NCBI GenBank assembly: GCA_030141605.1
Contig: JAQGDQ010000336.1
Span: 186,001 to 250,000, forward strand
Reading direction: 5' to 3'
Length of the DNA: 64,000 bases
Source: Tubiluchus corallicola
Lineage: Eukaryota; Animalia; Priapulida
Made by a program: the position numbers and the translations under genes. Below the pieces are notes generated by a model that did not search any database, was not told where the DNA came from, and worked only from the letters and a program-made list of their open reading frames with translations. Positions 29,309 through 43,682 of the stretch are shown here, in pieces (the first letter of the stretch is position 1; every line of letters begins with the position of its first letter).

Positions 29309-29967
29309 CACTGTTTGCTGCCGGTCTAATGAATAGTGGTAACTCCGACTGATTTTTTAGCTTTTCTAATCCACAAAACATGGGAAAATCATTGGACGAA
29401 CAGTACGCAGTAAACAGATGATGAAAATAATTAAGACTTCAAACCGCCTCTTTCGGCTGTCAATTTAAACTTTAAAATCGGCTTAAAACGTTTAGAATTT
29501 CATTTAATAGCGTTTATTATGAAACGTGTTTATTTGCTTGTTGGTAAACATTAAATTTGTTTGAGGAATACTCGTGTGAGAAAATTTTGCCAAAATATTT
29601 GTGTATAATTCCCTCAGTTACACCGTTGTGTTTTGAATAACAAAGTAATTTTACCCGCTAATAGCAAACTACTAAACGAAAACGTGCCGACAGAGAAATT
29701 AAGGCCACTGGCTTGTCAACAGATAAATTATGCCAGCACTATTTAATAAAAACAAACACTCAAATGACACACAATCCGCAAGATGTAAATGCAATGAGCC
29801 AGAAGGAGCAACAGAACAGCTGGAAAACAGCAGCAGTAGCAGCAGCAGCAGGAATTTCGATTGAAGAACAAAGAACATGCTGAATTGCTGATTTTATTAT
29901 CGAACTTATAGTGGAGATAGCAAGCTGGGTTATAAATAGTAAAATGTTAAAAATGAATGCAGGGCAT

Positions 29968-30100
29968 GAGACAGAAAAAGAGGGACAGAGAAAGAAAGAT
30001 AGAAAGATCGGGGAAAAGGGAGAGAGAGAGAGAGAGAGATCGGGGAAGGGGAGAGAGATGGGGGAACGGGAGAAAGAGAGGAGAGAGAGGGGGGAGAGAG
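29968..30100. repeat. Degenerate GA-rich polypurine tract
   Basis: (GA)n with interruptions. Confidence 0.85.
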
Positions 30101-33100
30101 TTCTCTGAGGTGATGAGATGAAACGACAGATCAGCTGTATTGGATGCCTACAAGTTCTTCAACTAGGCAAGTGGTTGAGGCAGTAGAGCACAAGTGGAAG
30201 TTTTCTTTACTTGCTGACGAGAGATGGCCACCTTAACTGAAAGCAATAAGCATAAACGCGACCTTTAGCTCAGTTTGCATTCTGATGGCCGTTCAGGAAG
30301 TTCAGATATATCAAAGGAGGAAAAATATTAATCCAAAGCATGAAGTACGAAATTCAAAGTAATTTTTCTTCAAGAATTGCAGTCTAGAAAAAGACATTAG
30401 CAAAACAAATCTTGCTTGCTGGAATGCGCGCATTTTAATTAGGTTGCATACCTGTTTTTGCTGTCTCTCAAAACGGAGCAAATATTTATTATTGCCTGGC
30501 GTTTAAGTACCCTACAAACCGACAAACAAAAGATAATGCGATGAATTGCCCAAATTAACCACTTTTTTGATAATTGCTTTTTAATTGTTTCTGGTAGAGT
30601 AGCACCGAGACGTGGTGCAAGCCAAATAGCGCTAACGAAAAGAAAAACAGCCTAGATAAATATTTTCCTAGCGTTGCATAACACAGCCGTCAAACCGCTA
30701 TTCAAATTACAGGTAATTTCACAGGTGAGGCAAAAGGATTTGCGACACAGGTGTCGGCCGGACAAGTAAGATAAAAAGGAGACAAGAAAATCTTCTTGTC
30801 TTTAAATTTTAATACACAGGAAACATGAGTAAAACGCACAAAAATCGGAACGCGTGTAATCTCTACTGAGCACTGGAGTTCACTAAGCCGGGTTCTGGGG
30901 AATCTAAACAAACATGATCTACCAGATTACACAATACCCGGACCGGTTTCGCTGCCTAAAATCCGACACCGATCAGGAAAGCTGCGTCAACCAAGAAACG
31001 TCGCATCAACTGCAACTTGACATGATTTTTCTTGTAATTAATCTAAACTAAATTTCATCCTGGTGTTTGTGACGGAGTGTAGCATCAAACGTGGTTATGC
31101 TTGACGGATAACTAACAGAGCTTCCTTGTTACGTACAATATTAACCGTCTGATCAGGGATTAGAGAGAGTATTAAGAGCTATTACAGCGTGGAACTGCAG
31201 TAACGTATCATTTAGCTTCATCCAAATTATACTAAATGTAAATAAGAATAAATCACTGAACGCAAAAGTTCTAGATTCAGAACTAATTTTTATATGGAAT
31301 TCCAACTAATGACAATTTAAGGGCGATATACATCATTATAGTAACATCTATACAAAATATGCAGGCCTTGCAGCCCTATATTATACTGGCAATACTAAGA
31401 CTATAGATTCGCATTTAACAAAACTAAAAACATTCTTTTAGTTTCTACGATCTTTTGTTTTCAAAGTGGACAAAGAGTTACTTCTGTGAGCTTTAGAAAT
31501 ACGTAATTTTGATAGCAAATTTTTGTAAACATTTGTGAACTAAAATCATAAATCTGAATGCGATATTTTTGCCAATTTTATGCCCAACTTCCTTATTTAT
31601 ACAGCTGCGTGTATGCAATGAGCTTAGAGGATGGACTATATCATAATTGCGCTCCTGTTAACTCTGCAAACAACAGTTTTAGCCGTTAAACTCACCTAGC
31701 ACGGTCCATCTAGCAACCAGCTTGTTTTTTGTCAAGATTTAAACGCTTAGTTACGCCATTTTGTAGTTTAATACTGCTTGGAATTTTGCTAAATACTCAA
31801 GTTTACCAAGATGTAAGTGATATATAGTAGCAGTTAAGTATGTTGAAATATGTCATACCTCCTGCATGAGTTGTTTTATTCAGCTTAAGCTGCTGCTATA
31901 GTAATTGGCGCAGGTGCGGAATCACCTAGATGCGTTAAATGTACCTGAACTGAAAATTGTTTTCACTTTACAGATTTAACTTCATGTTCTATTTTTTGTG
32001 AAAATAAAGAGATCGGTGAAACAGAGTATTACAGTTAATGACTGTATATGTTCTCATGGCAGACAAATCTTTAATAGCTCATAATGTACTTAAAATGGAG
32101 CGGTATGTGATTAGCGATCAAAGCTCTCAAAGTTATTTGGCGATCAAAGTTGAGCAACGCCTAGAGCCTTGTCACTGAATGGATGGGTGCTTTACGGGAA
32201 AATTGCTTCTAAACGGTTTAAACAGCCATTTACGCCACACAGAAATAATGCACATTCACCTGAAACTGGCCTGAGACGCCTCCGCTGTTTCACTTTCTTG
32301 TCTTAGAGACGAGATTATCTTTAATAATGAGATGGGCAGATTCTACCATAAACATCTACGGTAAATAGTCCAAATTGCTTGAAGATCGTCAAACACTATT
32401 AAAAATTAACTTTTTCTGACGCGTCCATTAATCTAAAAAAACAAACGGCATACTACTGTGCATGAAGCACGACTGTTTCAAAGACATATGAATTGCAGGG
32501 TATTCGGTATTTACGTTTTTCTCTTCGAGCGTTTAAAAGTAGATGCTTCTGTTGTCTACAATATATCAGGATTAAATTTACTGTTCCACATCAGAACTGG
32601 AGCGCCATGCACATAAATGAAATTGGTTAATTGACATGAAGGGTAAATTGCAGTCGGTTGCAAGATCTGGGTGTTTCTGTATTTTCCAAGTTGCGCAAAC
32701 CAACCTGGGAATAAAATTTTGGGTATATGCTTATCACCTGTGATACAGTTTGACTTGTCATCCGTCTAAGCCAAGCAAACAGTTTAGAAAACGACTAAAT
32801 CCACGATTAAAATTCACCTGGACATGTGCCTGCAGCGGTCTAATGCTTTAATACCAGCAGCCATATCAGTTAGAAATCTTAATCTCCGGAACGTAGAGAA
32901 AGACAGTCTTGTGATGGCTCGTGTGCCATTGTCCGCTATCACCTTACCATATGGCACGGTTTATCTAGACCGTCCCAGCCAGATGACTTGAAACAATGCT
33001 TAAACTTACGCGAGTAATCGACACCTGAGAAGGAAGCTTTGCCATTACAGTAATTATTATCAACCTAATCGGTCAGGTTAGAAATGCACCGCTATACCCG

Positions 33101-36100
33101 AAACTGTTTAATATTTGAAGCTAACATCGTGGGTCATGAACTTAGAGTTGAACGTATCCAATAAAGCAAATATAACTGGAATAATTGTGGGCAAATATAC
33201 AAAATGGGAAACGACATCGTAATGCACACTTTGACAAGTAGCTTTTAATAATACTTGATACCATTCAAGAACACAGTTATGATATAACAGTTGCAACGCA
33301 TCGCAATGAAATAGTCAAAGTTGAAATTTTTTTAATGTTGTATACAGTGTGCAAATGGGGTGAGATAAAATTAGCAAAAAGGCACACTTTTTCTCAATTT
33401 ATTAGTTTAGATACACTCGTAAAGGTATCCTGGACGTAGGCTGAAACGTTAAAGTGGACTGACGGCAACAAAAAAAGACGTTTTTCGGCATATTTTCCTG
33501 TTTTTCGGAAAACTCGTACTCTCGTTTGTAAGAGAAGACAACACGCCTGGGATCGAGTCGGTACAGCAATGGAAAGACACCAATATTTTCTCCAGCAATA
33601 GATTTGCCCAGAATAATTTAAATGCTTTTCCGCATTGGATAATTCAGTTTTTCAGACTAAGGGACATGAAGCAGCCAGCCACCTGCAGCATCTAATGATG
33701 GAACAGGACTTTTTTATTGTTTGCAAGTATGACATCTTGTGAATACATAATAAATTTTGTGTGCTTTGTTTCTCGCAGTGCAGACTGAAAAATAAAAGGC
33801 ACTAAGGCAGGTTATGCTGTCTGTGCTATTCATGCTTCGGTAACTTGGCTACATCAACTCTCCACACGTGTTCACACCTGTCTTATAAACAAGAAGAAGC
33901 TTAATGACAGTACATCGACTAGCATACTGTTTGCATAAATAGTGCTAATATTCCAAACATTAGCTGGCAGTTCGGATGGGAGCAGTAAACAGTGGCTAAT
34001 ATGCAGGAGCAAGGAGTCGGTCCCACACCACAAACGAATCCCAGCCATTAATCATGAACCGTCCCACTCGCGTGAAAATAACTCATACTTCAAATAAAGA
34101 CACATATGAAAAGCGTAAATCTTTGAACATACAAACAAAGTGGAAGGAACGTACCCACCCCATATGCGATGCCGGGATGTACGCAGCATAAATAACACTA
34201 ATGACTGAGCCTCTGATTAATCAACACGGTACTTTGAAAAGGGAAGCTGGCAGAGAATAAACAAACGGTAGTCATTAAACGCTCCGGAGAAAACGTGCAC
34301 AAACGGATCACACATGGTCGTCACACGCAATTCACAGAGCTAGTTTAAAAAAAAACTTCAAATTTGTATAGGTATGCATAACTAGACCTAATAGCGACCT
34401 AGATAATTATTACAAGAATTGATGATAACAAGTCTCATTGCGCTGGCAGTCCGGTTTCAAAAATTTTGGACACAGCTTTTATGGATACAAGCACGATAAA
34501 CGTAACAGTCAAAAATAGGTTTTGTAGATAGCATTGTTTTAAAAGAGTCATTTACGGGTATTGGATAACTTGAATGGAGACTGTTATAGGACCATCTAAT
34601 ACGAATTCAAGCTTTTTGGACACATTGATAATTTTAAATGTGTAATATTTTCTGATACAGGTAAATGTACGTTCCTTCAATTTTGACACATATATTTCAG
34701 CTTTTTCATAACGCATGCGTATAAAAATTCTTCAAAGCACGTATGGGCGCAGACGTAAAGAGAAGCAACATAAAAATTTTGTTTTTATGACTTTTTTCTT
34801 TAGGGCTCGTTAAACGAAATTTTTGAATAGTAATTAGTTTCATCATGAAGATAGGTCAATTTTAGACCTACATATAGTCCGAATCAATTACTAGAATTTT
34901 CAACTATTATTGGCTTATACCTGCCGTCACCTTGACTCCAGGATGATGCGAAGATTTGTATATTTGAAGAATAATTAACGGAAAACGTTAGAAATAGGTT
35001 AGGAAGTTTCAACCAGTGGTACAATGCAAAGGCACTGCCCTCCGCTGAACACTAATCGAAACCCGCCAACAGACCAAATTAGAGACATGATCTCATGACT
35101 AATTCCGATCAGAGACATACAATTGAAAGTAGTACAGGAAATACTTTCCGTCAGCTAGAACGCAGAGGATTAAAAATGCTCAGCATTTGAAATGTTTAGA
35201 GGAAAATAAATTTTGTATTGGAATTAGCATCGGTTGAGATATGCTGGATTAACCGCGTTAGGATAATCCAATTAACCACCCTATCAAACGAACGTAACTG
35301 ACATTGCTAAAATAAGCAAATATTTTTGTCACACGAGAAGAAACCCCTGCCAAAATACACTTCATTGCGACAAAATACGGTTCATTGCACCAGAAAAGTT
35401 TATACCGCGAACTTGAATAACAAAAGCAATTACAGCTATGATGTCCCTAAAACCTAATTTAAAAAGATAATGGAAACGTATAATTGGTTCTACAAATGAA
35501 AAATCAGTTATGAAAAAGTCATGGCCTAAAAAACAAGAAATTATCGATAAAGAAAATACAACAGATATGATAGGCTAAAAATTGCTTACATAGTGCATAA
35601 ATAGATTAAAGATTTCTTAAGAAATAGTAGACATTCGTTATGTTAGATCCTGTTGCCGTTTTAAGTAAACCCAAATGTTGATCACTTCTTGGAGACAATG
35701 AGAAACGACATATTTTCTGTATTTAATAAACTGTTAAGGTGTATTATGTTGCATAACAATAATGCTGAATGATGTTGGTAAGCAGATAATTTTTAAGTTA
35801 AAACTCGGACGTCTTATTTTGATGCGTTAATTACTAATGCCCTATATCCCTTTAATTAAACTAAACGAGGCAGCGCTTGTTGGTACAGTTCTCACGAACC
35901 GGGGCCACATTGCGCGACCTGTAACACGGAGAATTGAAAAATTAGTTCCATAATTTGCTGCTACAAGTAGGCAAATCGCTTCCAATTAGCGACGTTTGTG
36001 AAAAGTAGATGCGACAATTACGCGATAACAGCGGTTGAATAGGATGAGAAGTTGGGGGTTATTAGAAGCAGCAGTGATGTGAAAAAATCTTAAAATGTAG

Positions 36101-39100
36101 AGATAATGATAGATAATGGGCGCATTTCTCGCTGGACCTTGTGGTCACGCTGTTTGGACCACACACTGAAAGCATAGCGGTACAGAGAGTGTTTTCCTTA
36201 AGCGCCCAATCAAATGATCTTTCAAACTCTACTCTCACGGAGACATTGATTGATGGCCCGTATTGAATGATTTCATATACAGTTTATAGGGAAAATATGA
36301 AAAGCAGCTGAAATACATACAGTGTGCACGATAAACGTGAAAGTGACAAATGACAATGTTTTTGTTGATCACATCGTTTTTAAGAGTAATTAAAAAGACA
36401 TTTATACAGCAAAAACAAAAATAGATTCTCCGCCCTCATTTATAAATAGCCAAAATATGATAAATATCTCAGTATTTTAATTGTAATGTTTCTAAATTAC
36501 AGGTTTCAAATTATCACAAAACTGCAAGTTTTACAAGTCGAAAATATTAAGGAATTGGGTTTTGGGTGCTTATAATGCTAGATTTTACGTAGTCATTAAG
36601 TATCAGTGACTTTGGATAAGTAGTGAAGGCAATTTACAGCAGCAAGGAGTTCACCTCAATCTTCGATGAACCCATGCTTGAGGAACAGATATTACTCGGA
36701 CATTTAATGACACTGGAGAGTAGTTTTATCTCGGAACTTGTGCACAAAGAGTTTACATTTAAATAAATGCAAATGCACCGATATATCCGTATATACAAAA
36801 ATGTATTTGTAATTCATATTCTTATTGCAAGTGAGCGTAAATTTCTTGAACGCACGCATAATATGAGAAACACGCATAACTCATTCGTGTAATGACTCGT
36901 TCAAAGTCAATCATACAGGTAGATCAGAACTGTAAGAAGTTTGACATACAAATTTTTGTTAGTTATAATATTACTTATGGGTTGCCTTAAGTGGGTGTTT
37001 TAAGTACAATTACAGCTCATAAACTGTAGAGTTGGGTAATCCAAACTTGAGCAACTTAAGAGCTCCAGATAGCGGACTAATTTTAGGGGCACAATCGACG
37101 AGTTTGAGTGAGTGGTTTAGGGTCAAATAAAGGTCATTTACAACTCGAAAACTTAGGGTTAGGTATCAGAGTGCGTAGATGTAAACACACACTAAAAAAC
37201 AAGAACTAAATCGAAAAAAGCTTAGTATGCATGCTATGCTGATCTGTACAATGTCGTCTGTACCTTGCACAGTTTTTTGTGCTATGTAGATTTTCTAGTT
37301 TGCCATTTTATCACTATTTTCAGTCTATTGTTATTAGTTTAAATCAAAATAACTATTAACAGATCAAATAACTGACAGTTTTAAAATTTTATTAATTTTA
37401 AAGGGCAGAAAAAGTTCTCGTATCCCACGGGATACAATGGGTACGAAAGGATTAAACTAATGACCGAAACAGGACCGTCGGCACTCGATACGGACAGTAC
37501 GATTCTGAATTACAATTGATAGTCTCTAACCAATCAATTAAATTGTGAAATACCATAAACATGTGTCTGGATTTACTAAATATAGGCACATGTACAATGC
37601 CACATACTAAGCCTATGTTACATAGTACATATATAGTGAGAACAGTGCCTACGGTATACGAGAATCTATATAATAAGATTAATAACACATCGTGGTGAGA
37701 ACATTTTCTGTAAATAAATTGTTCATTGTGTCCTCGAGTTTTTTAAGCTGCTTCGACCAGTAAGAAAAAACTTATAGCCACCATTCGCACGTGCAATTTT
37801 CTCTGGAAACGATAAAACAGAAGTAATTTCGGCTGCTCAAAACAGGAAATGGAATCCTGCAGTGCTATTCTGTTTAACCAAAATTCAACAGCATGTAGTT
37901 GTAATAGCCGAACCTAGCAACAAATTGTTGCATTTAGACGAATTTAACAGAGTAATTACGCCGCATTAAAAAGCGCCTGACATTAAGACGTATTGCTTTA
38001 CGAGGGATAAGTGACCCTTCGATAATCTGTCCAAGAAAGGCTAGTGAACCGATGCTTGGGGAAATTACACACAGACAAAAACTGATTTAACTGGATTGCA
38101 GTTTAATCCGCGCACTCTCAACATCCCAATTAACCCGTCTTATAACTTTGAGAAAAACAGTTTGTAAGCGGTTCGGTGATTGCAGTCAACAATATTAATG
38201 CTCTATCAGGGGTAATCATGGCTAATGTGGTACCTTAACATGCACTAAATCAATTATGGGAGCTGTCAAAAGTGAACGATGTACAATGAATCAACTATAC
38301 ATGGCATGCGTATTATACATGTCCGTAAGAAATATGAAAGAAAGAGTGAAATTAACACAGTTGTCAATGTCAGTATATTATTTCACCTTTGTTTACCATT
38401 CAAAGTTATTTCTGCTAGTATTTGTTTATTGTTTTATTATAAAATATTAGAACTTGATGATGATTAAAATTTAATCTTATATAAGCAGCAATCATCGTGC
38501 GAAGGTGGTTTTGAATTAAGCGTGTAGTTAATTAAGCCGTTTTGTATTTCAATTTAACTTTTTTAGACAAAAATTGGCTTCAAGGTCTAAAATTTGTTAA
38601 AAAATTTGTTGAAAAGTTTGTTGAAAAATAAACTTCGTTGTCAACAAGTTCAACAAACACTATATAAAACTGCAGTATAATATCTCCAAAACTGGTGTCT
38701 ATATTTTTCTAGGCATATTCGCTGTTTTAGGGACCATACGTCACACGTATTTCTATTGTATGACTGGAACAAATGATAAGTGTGTAGTTGGATGAACGTC
38801 TGAAATGACCAACACCAACACAAACATTTTGGAATCTGGGATGAAGGTCAGTGAACTCTATTGAAGCCGTTTGCAAGGCATTTCGCTTGACGCAATCTAA
38901 TACACTTGTATTCGTTTAAACCAATCTCTCCCTGACAGAGAAAATGTTTAGCTGATTGCGCAATCGCCGTCTGGTTGCGCGTGGGAAACCAGTGAAGTCC
39001 GTCTGCATTTAATGTTAGAACAGGTTGCAGTAAATGCACTGCCGTACAGCAAATGAAACTTTTAACTTATTATTGTACGCACAATAAAATGACGGTATAG

Positions 39101-42100
39101 ACGTATTAAGGAAAACAGCGAGAAAAGCCAATAGACTTATATGACACACCGATTATTGTTATCGTAATCGTCCAAATTTATAACTCATAGCTTGGCAAAA
39201 TTTTACTGTAGGCTTTCATGTATAAACTACATCAAGAAGCTAAAAAGTTAGCTAATTTCATGACAGGCTTAAATGCCAAATGTTGCTCATATGCAACACT
39301 CTAGATTGCTAATATATATTTGTCCCAATCAAGCCAGTTGGCATCCTAACGGGAAAAATACCTTTTGTGTTAACGGAAGAGAATGATAGTTTCTCTTAGA
39401 GTTATATACTGATAGAGCTATATACTTAACTTTAAATTTAAGAGCCATGAGAGTTTACTGAACAAGAGCTTAATACTAGTATACTTTTAAAGATTTAACA
39501 ATTCTCTCGGAAGTTGAATTTCGCCCACTCTGTTTCACTATAAGTATTGACTATTTCGTACAATCATTACGCAATTACACATCTAGCAGCTAGAACCTTA
39601 ATCGTTCTTAATCTAGTCGTTACAGCGCCTTTTCTCATAAGCAACTTAAGCACTTCCTGAAACTTGTGGAATTTTCAGTTGAAATTCTACTATAGTTGAT
39701 TGTAATAATAATCACTGTCCCAATCTGACAGTTTTCCATTAGAATTATTACACTTTGTTTTTTTAACATTATTCACGGGATAAGTATTTACAATGCCTCA
39801 ACCAGTAGTATGGTAACCACTAAAGAATATGTGACATACTACGAAAAGAGAGATGGGTATAGGTATAGAAATCTATGAGTATGGGGTATATTCTGTGGGG
39901 TATGGGACCATGGGTACAAGTATGGGCATATTCCTGAAATCCATACATACATCTGGTGGAAAGCATGTGTAGAATGTAGAATCAGCAAATCATTTTTGAA
40001 ATGATTGGTATCATTACATTGCGCGGTTTAAAGCTACATTTTACCTTACAGTTACAGGGCTGGTAGAAGCCTTTTCATAGACCACGCTGTTACGCAATCT
40101 GGGCTGTAACGCAGTGGGGAGGAGGTTTGGAGAAATCTGCATCGTCCTAGGAGGGTGTTTGTTGAACAAATGTTGAAGTGACGACTGATGTTACCGAGCA
40201 GGGCGGGTATGATGAGCGTGATGAAACCGTCATAAATGTGACAGCAGCTTTTATGAGCTTCCCGCCCTCGCAATTTGAGCTTAATCACCTTACTTGAGTG
40301 GAGAGATGACCGGTATAGGGAGACAATCTCAGTAAAAACACTTCCGAAATGCCAGGATCTATACAACGCGCTTTAACACTCAGGTGGAGAAATCGGCAAT
40401 AGCGTTATCTTACTGGAGTTCAATTTTAACAAGTTAATGGCAAAAGAATCTGACAAGTGGGCATAATGCAGAATGCACATGACTGATGTAAAATGCCCAA
40501 TTAATTATCCATAATTTTAATTTCAAGATTATTATTAATGACGGAATAAACTCTCAATGATTATTGTTGAATTCTGAAACCACATATAGATACCTACTTG
40601 ATCGAAAGACATGAAATTTGGAAAACTCGTACCACAGACTGGATTTTAAACGTGTATGTTTGGTATCAGGTAGCCGGATTAATGATACCTGAACGTGAAC
40701 CTGACAGTACTTGAACTAATGATGGTTGCCGCTGATGTTTATAGATTGACAACAATGTAATAGTTGCTGTATATCTCACAAGATTCTTAATTCAAAACTC
40801 AATTATTGATACCTAAAGTAAGTAACCTCAAAAGTTAATTTCGCATAAGTTTTAGTTTATAAGTGTCTGCCGAGTTATTAAAAATCCACCTCCTGTGAGC
40901 TCTGAGAATATTTGTCTGTCGTCTCACAATTGCAGATTTTCACATATCTTTGCATTAAAAATCTAGTTTAGTTACTGTTGATATTATTTTTGAAAAAAAA
41001 TGTAATGAATATCATAAGATTGCATAATTTTCAAAAAGGCCAAATGCATTTTAAAGCTGCATGTGACAGCCGTTCCGTGACAGCGTTGAATAGTTTTCAT
41101 CAACGAAGTCTGAAGTTCTTGACTTCATTGCAAAAGTAAAAGCCATTTCAGAAGCCACTGTTGTGTATGTATTTCTGAAATGTTAATAGTAGTTTATGGC
41201 TGACGCCATGGTAGCAATATCTAGCAATAATGTAGCGCCACGCTGTGGTGACACATGTTAAACTATCAACTAAACACCACAAAACAACGTTAAACAGTTC
41301 GTAAAACATGCTTTAATACTCAATACTCGCCAATATGTTTTCAAGCATTTCCCACCCACGCAGTATACAGTTCTGTTATACGACGACATAGTAAACGAAA
41401 CATACAAATACATTTGAAAAAAATACGATCCAGACAGTAGAATGTATATCTGATAATTAAAATGAAAATTAGGGCTTGTTGAAGTTTTAAAGCTACAATA
41501 GCGACAATTGAAGTTTACAAGTAATTGAAGTCCCAGTGTCCTAATGACTGCAACTTTTCCCAACAACAACAAATAGAGGACTCGTAAAGTTGTTAACGTC
41601 CAGACGACTAGATTTCAACTTTCCTGCAATAAAGCCATGTGTACAGTTTTGCAAATTCCAACAGGAGGCGGCCACGTAAAGAATTACTGTAAGTTTGTAC
41701 CGGTTTATAAAAATATTAAGGATGGAGTTTACAATCCCCCACACAATTTAAATATCCTTACCCTAATCCGCTTCACGAACTAATTTCTTGTGTGTGGGGA
41801 ATTGTAACCTTTAGCTAATACTACAAATTCAACTGCAATGATTTTTTTTGTTCAAAATACGATGAGAAAATGTCTTCTTTTGTTTTCATTTTCTAAATTC
41901 AACAATCCCCTAAAATTAAACAAAAACCCTTCTTTGAGCAAAAGCATGCAGAAAAAATGTTTCCTGTAATATATCCTCCCACCAATCTAAGCAGAGTTTG
42001 TCAATTTTTCTAAAAGTATAATAAAAATTATCTGCGTCATAACTGCAAATTATAAAATGTCTATACTGTACCACTTTCACCTAAAATTAATTCATTTAAC

Positions 42101-42497
42101 CACTGAAGTATTTGTAAACAAAACCTTTAAGCGCATGTTAAAATTTCCACATTAATTTTCACTTGCTTACCAGTATACAGTAGAATAAAATCCATTATTT
42201 ATTTATTTATTTTATAGCAAATTTTATGAATTTACTTCTTTGCTTTCAACAGTAAGATCGATCAAAGATATATAGTAGCCCACAGTAGCAAATCATTTCA
42301 ACAAATACTAAGCAAGTTCTTGGCTAGGCTGCACACTGAAAATATTTAAGTCTGTCGTATCACAAGTATCGGATTTTCACACAATTTTAAGGCATTTTAA
42401 ACTTACATTGAGTGACTATCGGCTTTATTTGGAGCACAACAAAAATATCTTTTTGATCTTTAGATTCTTAAAAAATTGCTGAAAATTAGTAAAGTGT

Positions 42498-42870
42498 ATA
42501 TGTCCGGTAAAGTAAAAGAGTGGTTAAAATGTCCGGACCAAGTAATACCCCGAACACGTAACCCCTAACTGTGTAGTATCCTGCAATGGCGCTTTAATTA
42601 AATTGCGACGATGAGAAATTTAAGAAAATAGTTGTTCTGTTTTTTGAATGCCAAACGGCGCAAATGTGAAAAATAAAAACACTCCCACGGGGTTAAACAA
42701 CTCATCATGGTATAACGGACCATCAGTCTGGCAGATAACTACGCTAACCAGAAGTCTGATGTGGAGAACTATAAAAGTTTCTTTATGCAATTACCATCTC
42801 TTTAAAGCAATAAGGATAATTTATCTCTATAATTAAACAATTTAGGAGTATATGTCCGGGTATTTACCTG
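42498..42870. mobile_element. Degenerate MITE-like element with inverted subterminal repeats
   Basis: AATACCCCGAACACGTAACCCCTAA (42544-42568) is an imperfect inverted copy of TTAGGAGTATATGTCCGGGTATT (42842-42864). Extra ATGTCCGG units at ~42500 and ~42529. Confidence 0.4.
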
Positions 42871-43589
42871 CAAACCACTGCAAAAACGGGTTTAGAGTGA
42901 AGCTTTACTGATGACAACCTAAATTATATAGATTAACATTCCATGTCTTGAACGTTATTAAACGTTTATTGGATTTAAGTTAATTGCTTCACTTTCTTTT
43001 GTGCTTCACCTGCGCAGTTCACTAAAACCTTCAAAAATGGCAGCGCGAATTACACAGCTTAAAAACTCTATAGATGAAACAGGTTCAGGGAGTAGATCAT
43101 TCGTCACTAAATGCAAAATGCAAAATCTGTTCATTTTCGGAGCCTTGAGAGCTTTTAATTGAAGAACTTATCAATTACGGACATTGGCAACTGTTAAAAA
43201 ATAGCTTAAGCGAAAAACTCATATGCATTAGTGGTTTATGGTTAAAAGAGTACTAGCAATGGATGAAATCATGGTCTTTACTGTAACACACCAGTAGATA
43301 TAACGCACCAAAGCATTTACACCAAATATGAGAAGACTAATAAATGAGATAAAATAGTTCAAAGCAACCCACTCTACATATTATTCAAGACCATAAATAA
43401 GTAAACACAATACTGTAAACATAAGTAAATACAAAATAGCATTGATGATTGTGATTAATGATTTTATTGATTGACTGTATTGTATGAATTGTATTGTTTG
43501 TAGTCCTATAATATTCAATTATATTGTACTGAAACATAATATTTTAGGTTCTGATTATATTGTATTGCATCCATCTATTCTATACAAAC

Positions 43590-43682
43590 CCATCCATCCA
43601 TCCATCCATCCATCCATCCATCCATCCATCCATCCATCCATCCATCCATCCATCCATCCATCCATCCATCCATCCATCCATC
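43590..43682. repeat. (CATC)n microsatellite
   Basis: Perfect run. Confidence 0.97.

Noticed and set aside
34510-34570. Minus-strand QYP...QCYL resembling HMGCS EYPxVDGKLSIQCYL
   Set aside because: In-frame stop, wrong spacing and no flanking similarity.
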